Assembly (NCBI GenBank): GCA_965232515.1
Contig: CBDDPY010000002.1
Location: 3,776,001-3,840,000, forward strand
Source: Alphaproteobacteria bacterium
Lineage (GTDB): Bacteria; Pseudomonadota; Alphaproteobacteria; GCA-2731375
Reading direction: 5' to 3'
Length of the DNA: 64,000 nt
The notes beneath the pieces were generated by a model that saw only the letters and a program-made list of their open reading frames with translations, was not told the DNA's origin and made no database searches. Below, piece by piece: positions 55,746 through 64,000 of this stretch. Numbering within the stretch: position 1 is the first letter of the stretch; each line of letters starts with the position of its first letter. The translations under genes and the position numbers were made by a program.

Positions 55746-57551
55746 CTACGTCCTGTCTTGGATCGCCGCGTTGTCCACCGGCGCGCGATCTCGCTTCGCG
55801 GCGGCGGCCCGCGTGCCGTCAGTTCTGGTCTTGCGTTCCCGGAGCCCCTTGGTCGCGGCCTGATCGACGGCGCCGGTGGCCTCATCGACAACGACGCCAT
55901 AGCTCTGGCGGGCGGTCTCCAGGTCCAGCAACTCGTCCTGCACGTCGCGCAAAACCAAATCCGGATCACGTTCGAAGGGATCGCCCAGACCGCCGCCGCC
56001 TGGAGACTGGATCTCCAGGCGGAGCGGCCCCAGTCTGCGGACGCCGTACTGGGGCGGCTCGACGGGCTGACCGTCAGCCAACGTGATCTTCATTGCCCCT
56101 TCGGCGCCGGCAGACCCGCCGCCGGTGCCATAGCCGGTCGGGGAACGAATGCCCTCGCCGCGGAAGGAATACTCGCCCGGCGCCTCGACATCGATGACGT
56201 AATCCACGCCGCTGCCGCCCCGGTACTTGCCGGCGCCGGCGGACCGGCTGCGGAATTCCTGTTTATGGATGCGAACCGGATAAAGCTGCTCGTAGATCTC
56301 GACGTTCGGCAGGCTTAGTCCGCCGAGGGTGCAAAGTTGCCCGATGGTATTGAACCCGTCGCGTCCGTCGACGGCGCCGCCACCCGCCGATCCATGCCAG
56401 TGATACATGACGAAGGTGCTGCCTTCTTCCGAAACACCGGCACTGATGCAGTGGGAGGTCTTGCCCCAGCCGGCACAGGCAAGCGTCGGGTTGGCGGCCC
56501 CCAAAGCCTTCCAACAGGCGTGCACGATCTCACTGGTTGGGTGAACCGTATTCATCGTCATGGGTGCGGGTGGTCGCGCGTTCACCACGGTGCCTTCCGG
56601 CGCGATAATCTCCAGCGGTCGAAAGGCCCCCTGGTTCCGAGGCACCTGGGTATCGAAGAAGGACAGGGCAGCCATGAACACGGCTGAATGCGTGTTGGCG
56701 AGCGAGCTGTTCTTGAAGCCCTTGATCTGCGGATCCGTACCGCCGAAGTCGAAGACCATCGTGTCGCCCCGAACCGACAGCTTGACCCGGACCGCGACGT
56801 CCGTCTCCTCGAAGCAGTCGTTGTCGGAAGCGTCTTCGCCCAGATAGTCGCCGTCGGGCAGCCGCGCGATCTCGGACCGCATGATCCGCTCGGCATGGTT
56901 CAGGATCTCGCCGAACAGGTCTCCCGCGGTGTCGACGCCGACGTCGTCAATGATCGCCGCGACGCGGTCTGCCCCGGTCTTCGTCGACCCAACCATCGCG
57001 CGCAGATCTCCATCCAGCAGTTCCGGACACCGGCTGTTGAGAAGCAGCAGCCGCCACAGGTCTTCGCGGGTCTCGCCTTGTTCGATAAGGCGCAGGACCG
57101 GCAGGCGGATGCCCTCGTGAAAGATTTCTGTCGCCGCCGGATTGTAGGTGCCGGCGGCCCCGCCGCCGATATCGGACTGGTGCGCCCGGTTGCAGGCAAA
57201 GGCGCGGAGTTCACCATCGCCGAAGATCGGCCGCACCATTGTCCAGTCGGGCAGGTGGTTACCGCCCGCTTCGTAAGGGTCGCTGAGGATGAACACGTCG
57301 TCCTCCCCAATCTTCCCGCCAAAGGCCTTGAGGACCGCCCGCACGGCAAACCGACCGCCGCCGGTGTGGATCGGGATGCCGTCGGCGACCGAAAGCGCAT
57401 CCCCCTCCGCGTTGGTGATGAAACAGGAGAAGTCGTGCGACTCGCTGAAAATCGGGCTGCGCGCCGTGCGCGTCATCACCCAGCCCATGTAGCGGGAGAT
57501 ATGGTCGAGCTGCTTTTGGACCAAAGCGAGAAGCACCGGATCATTGGACAT
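55746..57551 (-). CDS. Hydantoinase B/oxoprolinase subunit
   Basis: RTARSP...HDFSC, IPIH, GGNHLPD, HQSDIGG, PGGGGLGDP. Confidence 0.92.
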   Translation of the reverse strand: MSNDPVLLALVQKQLDHISRYMGWVMTRTARSPIFSESHDFSCFITNAEGDALSVADGIPIHTGGGRFAVRAVLKAFGGKIGEDDVFILSDPYEAGGNHLPDWTMVRPIFGDGELRAFACNRAHQSDIGGGAAGTYNPAATEIFHEGIRLPVLRLIEQGETREDLWRLLLLNSRCPELLDGDLRAMVGSTKTGADRVAAIIDDVGVDTAGDLFGEILNHAERIMRSEIARLPDGDYLGEDASDNDCFEETDVAVRVKLSVRGDTMVFDFGGTDPQIKGFKNSSLANTHSAVFMAALSFFDTQVPRNQGAFRPLEIIAPEGTVVNARPPAPMTMNTVHPTSEIVHACWKALGAANPTLACAGWGKTSHCISAGVSEEGSTFVMYHWHGSAGGGAVDGRDGFNTIGQLCTLGGLSLPNVEIYEQLYPVRIHKQEFRSRSAGAGKYRGGSGVDYVIDVEAPGEYSFRGEGIRSPTGYGTGGGSAGAEGAMKITLADGQPVEPPQYGVRRLGPLRLEIQSPGGGGLGDPFERDPDLVLRDVQDELLDLETARQSYGVVVDEATGAVDQAATKGLRERKTRTDGTRAAAAKRDRAPVDNAAIQDRT

Positions 57552-59634
57552 TGTCCGTCGCTCCCGTTTGGTTGAGCCTGATCATGTAGTTCCCATAGGG
57601 ATCGACCTCGAGCACATCCTGGTGGCCGACCAGGACGGTCGTTGTCTGCTCTTCGACAAGAGCCGGCCCCGCCACCCTGTGACCGGACCGAAGTGCATTG
57701 CCGTCATAGACCGCAAGCTCTTCCCGCCCTCGCACCTGGTCGACATAGACGTCGCGGTGCTCGACCGGCGCCGGCTCATCGTCGCAGCCGGCAAACGTCT
57801 GCAAGCCGATCTTGGGCAAGTGGCCGGTGGCGACGACGCGCAGATTGTTGATCTGGATCTGTCCGTCGGGCTGGGTATAGCCATAGAGGCGCAGAAACTC
57901 GCGTTCGAACCGCTCGTGCACGGCGCCGCTGTCCTGCCAGATGTCGGACACGGAGACTTTTACGGGCCACTGCTGGCCGGCATATTTTAGATCGAGAAGC
58001 CGCTCGAACGCCGTGTGAGCGCCGTCAAACCCTTCGTTGTTCAAGAGCGATTGAGCCTCGGCTTCGAGTGAAGCGAACGCAGCCGCCAGCTCTCTCCCGC
58101 TTCCGCCATTCAGCTCTTGCAGGCGTGATTGCACATAGTCGTGGCGGATATCCGTGTTGCACATGCCGAAAGCACAGAACACGCCGGCGAGCTTGGGGAC
58201 AAAAACGGCATTGCACCCGAGTTCGCGCGCAACGGACGCGCCGTGCAGGGCCCCGGCCCCGCCGCCGGCCACCAGGACGAAGTCCTTGGGATCGCAGCCT
58301 CGTTCGCTGCTCATTCGCTCGAGCGCATGCAGAACGCTTTGCTCCGCCATGCGGATGATGCCGGCGGCCGCATCTGTGACGTCCAAGCCGAGCGGATCCG
58401 CCACCTCGTCGCGGACGGCACGAACCGCCAGGTCGGAATCGAGCTCGATCAAGCCGCCGGCGTAGCGGCCGGACCTGAGGCGCCCCAGCACGACCTGCGC
58501 ATCGGTCACCGTCGGCGCGTCGCCGCCCAGGCCGTAGCAGGCGGGGCCCGGTCGGGCGCCGGCGCCTTGGGGGCCGACATAGAGCATGCCGCCGGCATCG
58601 ATACCGGCAATGGTGCCGCCACCGGTACCGACGGTATGGATTTCGGTGGCGGGCATCACGGCATCGTAGCCGCCTACCGAAATACGGTCGGTTTCGGCAA
58701 CATGGCCGCCTCGCACAAGCGTCACATCGCAGCTCGTGCCGCCGATCTCCATTGAAATGAGATCCGAAGAACCGCAGGCATCGCTGAAGAAACGCAGCGC
58801 GCCAACCCCGGCCGCCGGACCGGACAACAGCAGCGCAACCGGGCGCGCGTCGATCTGATCGACCGACACCGCGCCCCCATTGCTCTGGATCAGCAGCAGT
58901 CGGCCTGGCAGTCCCATGGTGCGCAGACGATCATCCAGATCGCGCAGATAAGGCACGACCTTGGGGGCGATGTAGGCGTTGACCGTCGTCGTTGAGCTGC
59001 GCTCGTATTCACCGATGACGGGGGCGATCTGCGACGAGCGGCAGACCCACACCCCCGGCCATGCCGACCGAATCCAGCTCTCGCACTCGCGCTCGTGCGC
59101 GTCGTTGAGGAAGCTGTTCAGGAAACAGATGGCAATCGACTCGACGTTCTCGCGCTGAAAGACCTCGAGTGCCTCCGCAACCGCGCCGAGATCCAATGGC
59201 ACAATCGACCGACCGTCCCGGTCGATCCGCTCGCTCACCGGCCGGCGCAGCTTGCGGGGCACCATGACCGCCGGCCAGGGACTGCGGTGATCCCACATAT
59301 CGGCCCGCAGGCCCCGCCTTATCTCAAGGCTGTCGCGAAAGCCCCGCGTCGCAAGCAACCCGACCTTGGCGCCCTTGCCCTCAAGGACCGTGTTTGTTGC
59401 GATTGTTGTGCCGTGGACGAAGTGACTGCAACGTCCGAGTATCTCGCCCAAGCCAAGGCCGAAAGATGCGCTACTCCGCTCCAGGGCCGCCAGCACGCCT
59501 CGGGCCGGATCCATGGGATCGGTCGGCACCTTGACGGCGTGAACGCCGCCGTCCTGATCGACGATGACAAGATCGGTGAACGTGCCGCCGATATCGACGC
59601 CGATGCGCCAGGATCCGTCTTCTGAAGAAGTCAT
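57541..59634 (-). CDS. Hydantoinase A/oxoprolinase (ATP-binding) subunit
   Basis: IGVDIGGTFTD, HGTTIATN, SGPAAG, GGTSCD, PGPACY, GGAG. Confidence 0.93.
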   Translation of the reverse strand: MTSSEDGSWRIGVDIGGTFTDLVIVDQDGGVHAVKVPTDPMDPARGVLAALERSSASFGLGLGEILGRCSHFVHGTTIATNTVLEGKGAKVGLLATRGFRDSLEIRRGLRADMWDHRSPWPAVMVPRKLRRPVSERIDRDGRSIVPLDLGAVAEALEVFQRENVESIAICFLNSFLNDAHERECESWIRSAWPGVWVCRSSQIAPVIGEYERSSTTTVNAYIAPKVVPYLRDLDDRLRTMGLPGRLLLIQSNGGAVSVDQIDARPVALLLSGPAAGVGALRFFSDACGSSDLISMEIGGTSCDVTLVRGGHVAETDRISVGGYDAVMPATEIHTVGTGGGTIAGIDAGGMLYVGPQGAGARPGPACYGLGGDAPTVTDAQVVLGRLRSGRYAGGLIELDSDLAVRAVRDEVADPLGLDVTDAAAGIIRMAEQSVLHALERMSSERGCDPKDFVLVAGGGAGALHGASVARELGCNAVFVPKLAGVFCAFGMCNTDIRHDYVQSRLQELNGGSGRELAAAFASLEAEAQSLLNNEGFDGAHTAFERLLDLKYAGQQWPVKVSVSDIWQDSGAVHERFEREFLRLYGYTQPDGQIQINNLRVVATGHLPKIGLQTFAGCDDEPAPVEHRDVYVDQVRGREELAVYDGNALRSGHRVAGPALVEEQTTTVLVGHQDVLEVDPYGNYMIRLNQTGATDNVQ

Positions 59635-59694
59635 TCAAACCCACTTCCGCCGCCGGGGCCGTCGACCGGTGGTCCGGCCGCGTCGTTCAATCAA

Positions 59695-59710
59695 GTGTTA
59701 TACCAAATAA
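59695..59710 (-). promoter_or_regulatory. Putative GntR operator upstream of the hyuA-like gene
   Basis: Minus strand TTATTTGGTATAACAC, 15/16 identical to 60676-60691. Confidence 0.65.
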
Positions 59711-59900
59711 CGATCGATGCCAAGTCCGTTGCCGGGATGCGATTCTCCTGCCGATGTGAAGCCGGCCGAAGATAGGGAAAAGACACGGGACAAACCGTCC
59801 GATCGAGCCGAAGGAGGTCGCACGGCCTTCGATGCCAGCTGTCCGACCGACGGCGAACGAAGAAACGGCAGCATCTCTCATACAATCAAAAATTGCGAAT

Positions 59901-60587
59901 TCAGGCACTCTCCAGCTGATCGATCTTTCTGATCAGATGGTCGGCTCCCTCACTCAAATCGGCCGTCATGGCATCGCGCAGCGCTTTCCCATCGCCGGCG
60001 CGCAGGGCCCTGATCGCATCCTCGTGATGCCGAACCGTCTTCCGGTCAAACGTGAATTCCGGATAAAGCAGATTCAACACGGGCCCCATTCTGAGCCATA
60101 GGGTTTCGATCATGTGCACCAGCATCGGCCGTCCGGACGCACGATAAATCGTGAAATGGAACTCTTCATTGGTGCTCAGTACGGTCTTGAAATCCCTGCG
60201 TTCCCTGGCCGCGACGAGCGTTAACTGGCACTGAGCCAGGCGCTGGATACCAGCCGCATCGATATTGCCTGCGGCCGCTTCCGCGGCCATGCCCTCCAGC
60301 GCGATCCGGATTTCGTAGATCTCGGCAACCCGGCCTTTGTCCAACTTCGGCACGAGGGCAGAGCGGTTGCCGTCGAAGTCCAGCGCCCGTTCGGCGACAA
60401 GACGGCCAATGGCTTCCCGCGCCGGAGTCGGGCTTATCCCAAGCGCCGCCGCGATGTTTCGCGTCGTAATCTTCTGCCCCGGAGCAAAAGCACCGGACAT
60501 AAGGGCTGTTTTCAACCTTTGATAGGCTTGTTCCGTAAGCGTCTCGGACCGTTCCATGGGGTCGAACTGGGGGGAAGAGATTGACAT
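59901..60587 (-). CDS. GntR family regulator, FCD subfamily
   Basis: LGISPTPAREA, IRIALE, NEEFH...HEDAI; start 60587 with GAGGA RBS. Confidence 0.92.
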   Translation of the reverse strand: MSISSPQFDPMERSETLTEQAYQRLKTALMSGAFAPGQKITTRNIAAALGISPTPAREAIGRLVAERALDFDGNRSALVPKLDKGRVAEIYEIRIALEGMAAEAAAGNIDAAGIQRLAQCQLTLVAARERRDFKTVLSTNEEFHFTIYRASGRPMLVHMIETLWLRMGPVLNLLYPEFTFDRKTVRHHEDAIRALRAGDGKALRDAMTADLSEGADHLIRKIDQLESA

Positions 60588-60675
60588 TGTTCCTCGCATT
60601 ACCTGGGCGGCGCGCCAACCGATGCAACGGTCGCAGTCCATCCTAACATGAGCACTTGACTCAAAAAATTATTGA

Positions 60676-60691
60676 TTATTTGATATAACAC
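60676..60691 (+). promoter_or_regulatory. Putative GntR operator upstream of the Liv-type SBP
   Basis: TTATTTGATATAACAC in an AT-rich divergent promoter, with TTGACT at 60656-60661. Confidence 0.65.
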
Positions 60692-60755
60692 ATAACACGA
60701 GGCCAACGGTCAGAGCCTCGATGCATTCAAACAAATCGAACGGGGAGATCGGGAA

Positions 60756-62012
60756 ATGAGACTTAGAAGCGCCACTGCGGCAGCCGCCATGCTGACGGCT
60801 TTGGGTTCGATGTCAGCCGTCGCGGGCAGTGCCCAGGCGGCGGAATCCCTCAAGATAGCTGTTATCGAGTCGTTGAGCGGTCCTGGCTCCACGACAAGCC
60901 GGCTTTTTGCGGTTGCGACCAGATACTGGGTCGATGACGTCAACGCCAGAGGCGGCTGGAACGGTTCACCGATCGAATATCTGGAGTACGACAGCCAAGG
61001 AAGCACGTCGGTCGCCGCCGAGAAAGCCGGCGCAGCGATCCAGGATGGCGCGCACATCATCATCAGCGCCGGCAGTTCCGCCATCGCAGGACAACTCACC
61101 GAGGACGTCCGCAAACACAACCTGCGGAACGCGGATCGACCGGTCATGTACATCAACCCGGGATCGGAAGCGCTCGAGCTCACCGGCAGCAAATGCCATT
61201 TCTATTTCTTCCGGTTCGCCACCAATGCCGAGATGCGCGTCAAGGCCATGGTTATCGCCATGAAGGATGCCGGCGATCTTGGCAGCAAGGTGTTCTCGAT
61301 CAACCAAAACTACTCCTGGGGCAAGGACATGCAGAATGTCACGCAATCCCATGAAGGTCTTGGCGGGTATACGGTCGTCGACACCGTTCTGCATGACGTC
61401 AACAAGATCCAAGATTTCAGCCCCTACGTCGCCCGCATCAGCGCCTCCGGCGCCGACACGGTGATTACCGGCAACTGGGGCAGCGACCTGCTGCTGCTTC
61501 TGAAGGCCGTGTCCTCGGCCGGCCTGGATGTTCAGTTCGGCACCATGTTCCTCGACCTGCCGGGCAACCTCGCAAGCGCCGGCGACGCTGCCGTTGGCTA
61601 CTACACCGTGCAGAGCTTCAACGCGGAGGCCGGCGGCGCCGACGGCCGGACGATCTCCGATACCTATGAAGCGAAAGTCGGGACGGCGCCGACGGCCAGT
61701 GAAGTCAGGACCTTGTTCGCGCTGCAGATGCTCGAGGCCGCGCTCGCCAACGTCGAGACCGGCGGCAAGGTCGATGTCACCGAGATCGCGCTGGCGACCG
61801 AAAAGGCCCGGATCGATACGCCGATTGGCGAGATTAGCATGCGCGCGGCGGATCATCAGGCGGTGGTGCCAATGGTGGTCGCGCGTGTCAGCAAGGAGGC
61901 CGCGTTCAAGGTGGATGGCACGGACATGGGCTTTAAGCCGATCAAAGTCATTCCAGGTCCGAGTGGCGTCAGCGCCGTGCAGGAATCCTGCTCGATGAAA
62001 CGGCCGTCTTGA
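60756..62012 (+). CDS. Branched-chain amino acid-type (Liv) ABC substrate-binding protein
   Basis: Signal peptide; ESLSGP, NQNYSWG, DFSPYV, TGNWG. Confidence 0.9.
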   Translation: MRLRSATAAAAMLTALGSMSAVAGSAQAAESLKIAVIESLSGPGSTTSRLFAVATRYWVDDVNARGGWNGSPIEYLEYDSQGSTSVAAEKAGAAIQDGAHIIISAGSSAIAGQLTEDVRKHNLRNADRPVMYINPGSEALELTGSKCHFYFFRFATNAEMRVKAMVIAMKDAGDLGSKVFSINQNYSWGKDMQNVTQSHEGLGGYTVVDTVLHDVNKIQDFSPYVARISASGADTVITGNWGSDLLLLLKAVSSAGLDVQFGTMFLDLPGNLASAGDAAVGYYTVQSFNAEAGGADGRTISDTYEAKVGTAPTASEVRTLFALQMLEAALANVETGGKVDVTEIALATEKARIDTPIGEISMRAADHQAVVPMVVARVSKEAAFKVDGTDMGFKPIKVIPGPSGVSAVQESCSMKRPS

Positions 62013-62180
62013 CACGCGCAACGGCGGTCAAGCGGGAAAGAACTGCTGCTTCCGCCCGATGATCAGGACCTCCTGATCGACCTGCCGAAGCCGAGCAAAA
62101 ACTTCTGACGCCCGGTGGTGGCTTGTGAAAGCAGGCCGCCACCCGTTGCTCAACGATCGCCGAACGTGGGGTGCGTAAAC

Positions 62181-63122
62181 ATGGATTTCGTCGTGGTCTC
62201 GCTGTTGAACGGCGTCATCTATGGGCTGCTGCTCTTTATGGTGTCAGCCGGCCTGACACTCATCTTCGGAATGATGGGGGTCCTGAACTTCGCCCATGCC
62301 TCGTTCTACATGCTGGGCGCTTATTTCGGCTACGCGATCTCGCGCCTCACCGGCTTCTGGCCGGCGATCGTCCTGTCGCCATTGCTGGTCGCCATCATCG
62401 GCGCGTTCGTCGAGCGCTTTATGCTGCGGACCGTGCACCGGCATGGCCATGCGCAGGAGCTGCTGCTCACCTTCGGCTTGTTTTTCATCTTCGAAGAACT
62501 GGTCAAGCTGTTTTTCGGCTTCTATCCCGTTTCCTACGCGGCGCCGCAGGCGTTGTCCTTTACCGCCTTCAACATCTTCGGTCTCGATTATCCGTTCTAC
62601 CGTCTGTTCATTGGCCTGGTCGCGATTGCCATGTTCACGGCGATTTTCCTGCTTCTCAGGTTCACCCGCGCCGGACTGATCGTCAGGGCGGCGGTCTACC
62701 GACCTCAAATGGTCGAAGGCCTTGGCCACAATGTGCCCTTCGTCTTCCTGGGCGTCTTCGCCATGGGCGCCGCCATGGCCGGACTTGCCGGCGCGGTGGC
62801 CGGAACGTTCTATCCGACCAGCCCGACCATGGCGCAGGAGCTTGGAATCATCGTTTTTGTCGTTGTGGTCGTTGGCGGCCTGGGCTCGGTCGAAGGCGCC
62901 CTTGTCGCGTCGCTCCTCATCGGCGTCTTCAGCAGTTTCGCGGTGGGGCTGGACTGGACCCTGGCCCAGGCGCTCCACCCGATCGGACTGCAAGGCTGGG
63001 CCGAAGGCGTCGGCGGCATCCTCACGGTCAAGCTGGCCACCGTCGCCGGTGCCGTACCCTACTTCATCATGCTTCTCGTACTTCTGCTGCGTCCCGCCGG
63101 CCTTCTGGGGGAACGCGTCTGA
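62181..63122 (+). CDS. LivH-like ABC permease
   Basis: GLTLIFGMMGVLNFAHASFYMLG, VVVGGLGS; ATG 62181. Confidence 0.92.
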   Translation: MDFVVVSLLNGVIYGLLLFMVSAGLTLIFGMMGVLNFAHASFYMLGAYFGYAISRLTGFWPAIVLSPLLVAIIGAFVERFMLRTVHRHGHAQELLLTFGLFFIFEELVKLFFGFYPVSYAAPQALSFTAFNIFGLDYPFYRLFIGLVAIAMFTAIFLLLRFTRAGLIVRAAVYRPQMVEGLGHNVPFVFLGVFAMGAAMAGLAGAVAGTFYPTSPTMAQELGIIVFVVVVVGGLGSVEGALVASLLIGVFSSFAVGLDWTLAQALHPIGLQGWAEGVGGILTVKLATVAGAVPYFIMLLVLLLRPAGLLGERV

Positions 63123-64000
63123 TGTCCGAGCTCTCGAAAGCGGCCGCCGGCCTATCACGCCCCTCTCTGGTCAATCGTCTCGGCGCTGCGCCGGTCGCCA
63201 TCGTTGCCGCGATCGCCGGTCTTATCCTGCTGCCGTTGGTGCTCGACGACCGATATGTCGGCACGCTGATCAAGATGCTCGCGGCGTCGCTTTTCGCCTT
63301 GGCCTTCAACATCCTCTGGCGTCAGACCAAGCTGTTGTCGTTCGGTCACGCGGCCTATTTCGGCATTGGAATGTTCGCCGTCGTGCATTTGATGCGGGCG
63401 ATCGAGGCTCAGAGCATCACGCTGCCGTTGCCGCTCGTGCCGCTCGCGGGTCTGTTTGCGGGACTCGCGTTCGGATGGATTGCCGGCTTCTTCGCGACCA
63501 TACGCACCGGCACCTACTTCGCCATGGTGACCCTGGCGATTGCCGAGCTGATCCACCAGTTGGCGCCTCAATGGGAAGGCGTCTTCGGCGGCGAGGCAGG
63601 CCTGTCGTCGATGCGCATGCCCTGGGCCGGCCTCAGCTTCGGCTCGGACATCGAGGTCTATTACCTCGTGCTGGTCTGGTTCGTCCTGGCGGTTGCCGCG
63701 ATGTATTTCTTCACCAAGACACCGCTCGGCCGGCTGGCCTTCGCGCTGGGTGACAACGAACTCCGGATACGGTTTCTCGGCTATAACACCCACGCCATGA
63801 AGACGCGCGTCTTCGCGGTGTCCGGCATGTTCGCGGGCTTGGCCGGCGGTCTGCTGGCGCTATCCAACGAGAATGTCGACCACACCATATTCAATGCCTT
63901 CGTCTCGGGCTCGGCTGTCATCCACACCTTTGTCGGCGGCGCCGGCGTCTTCTTTGGCCCCGTTATCGGCGCGGCCGGACTGACCTTCTTCGGCTTTGTG
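63122..64000 (+). CDS. LivM-like ABC permease, partial (runs off right edge)
   Basis: TGATG overlap. Manual translation MSELSKAAAG...LLSFGHAAYFGIG...YFAMVTLA...RIRFLGY. Confidence 0.88.
   Translation, partial: MSELSKAAAGLSRPSLVNRLGAAPVAIVAAIAGLILLPLVLDDRYVGTLIKMLAASLFALAFNILWRQTKLLSFGHAAYFGIGMFAVVHLMRAIEAQSITLPLPLVPLAGLFAGLAFGWIAGFFATIRTGTYFAMVTLAIAELIHQLAPQWEGVFGGEAGLSSMRMPWAGLSFGSDIEVYYLVLVWFVLAVAAMYFFTKTPLGRLAFALGDNELRIRFLGYNTHAMKTRVFAVSGMFAGLAGGLLALSNENVDHTIFNAFVSGSAVIHTFVGGAGVFFGPVIGAAGLTFFGFV

Noticed and set aside
1-64000. CRISPR arrays, tRNA/rRNA, transposases, integrases, defence or phage genes
   Set aside because: No regularly spaced repeats or such ORFs seen. Intergenic gaps are all under about 420 bp. 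Small RNAs cannot be excluded without an Rfam search.

Overview
A GC-rich bacterial window, probably alphaproteobacterial (inferred from GC content and gene repertoire). It is densely packed with five or six catabolic modules, most with their own transporter and regulator. (1) 1-11304: amide-utilisation locus. amiC-amiR-amidase is transcribed divergently from amidase-formamidase-Urt-type ABC-SDR, and a clear ANTAR hairpin/terminator leader precedes the latter. (2) 11431-20651: RpiR/HexR-type module with a NitT/TauT ABC, a Gfo/Idh/MocA dehydrogenase, a type II FMO, an uncharacterised TIM-barrel-like protein and an SDR. (3) 20694-34320: HutC-type GntR module with a TauD dioxygenase, DUF2848-like protein, Dpp ABC, CMD-like protein, SDR and two atypical OYE/FadH flavoproteins. 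(4) 34730-38187: TAXI-TRAP transporter. (5) 38139-52261: CoA-dependent cluster with two amidohydrolase_2 + CoA-ligase pairs, MmgE/PrpD, IclR, ACAD, ECH, FAD oxidase, a double alpha/beta hydrolase and a thiolase. (6) 52568-64000: hydantoinase/oxoprolinase A/B + class III aminotransferase + ThDP enzyme, with a GntR and a Liv-type ABC. I saw no rRNA, tRNA, CRISPR array or mobile-element gene. Family calls come from motif recognition by eye, not database searches, and all substrates are unknown or inferred.
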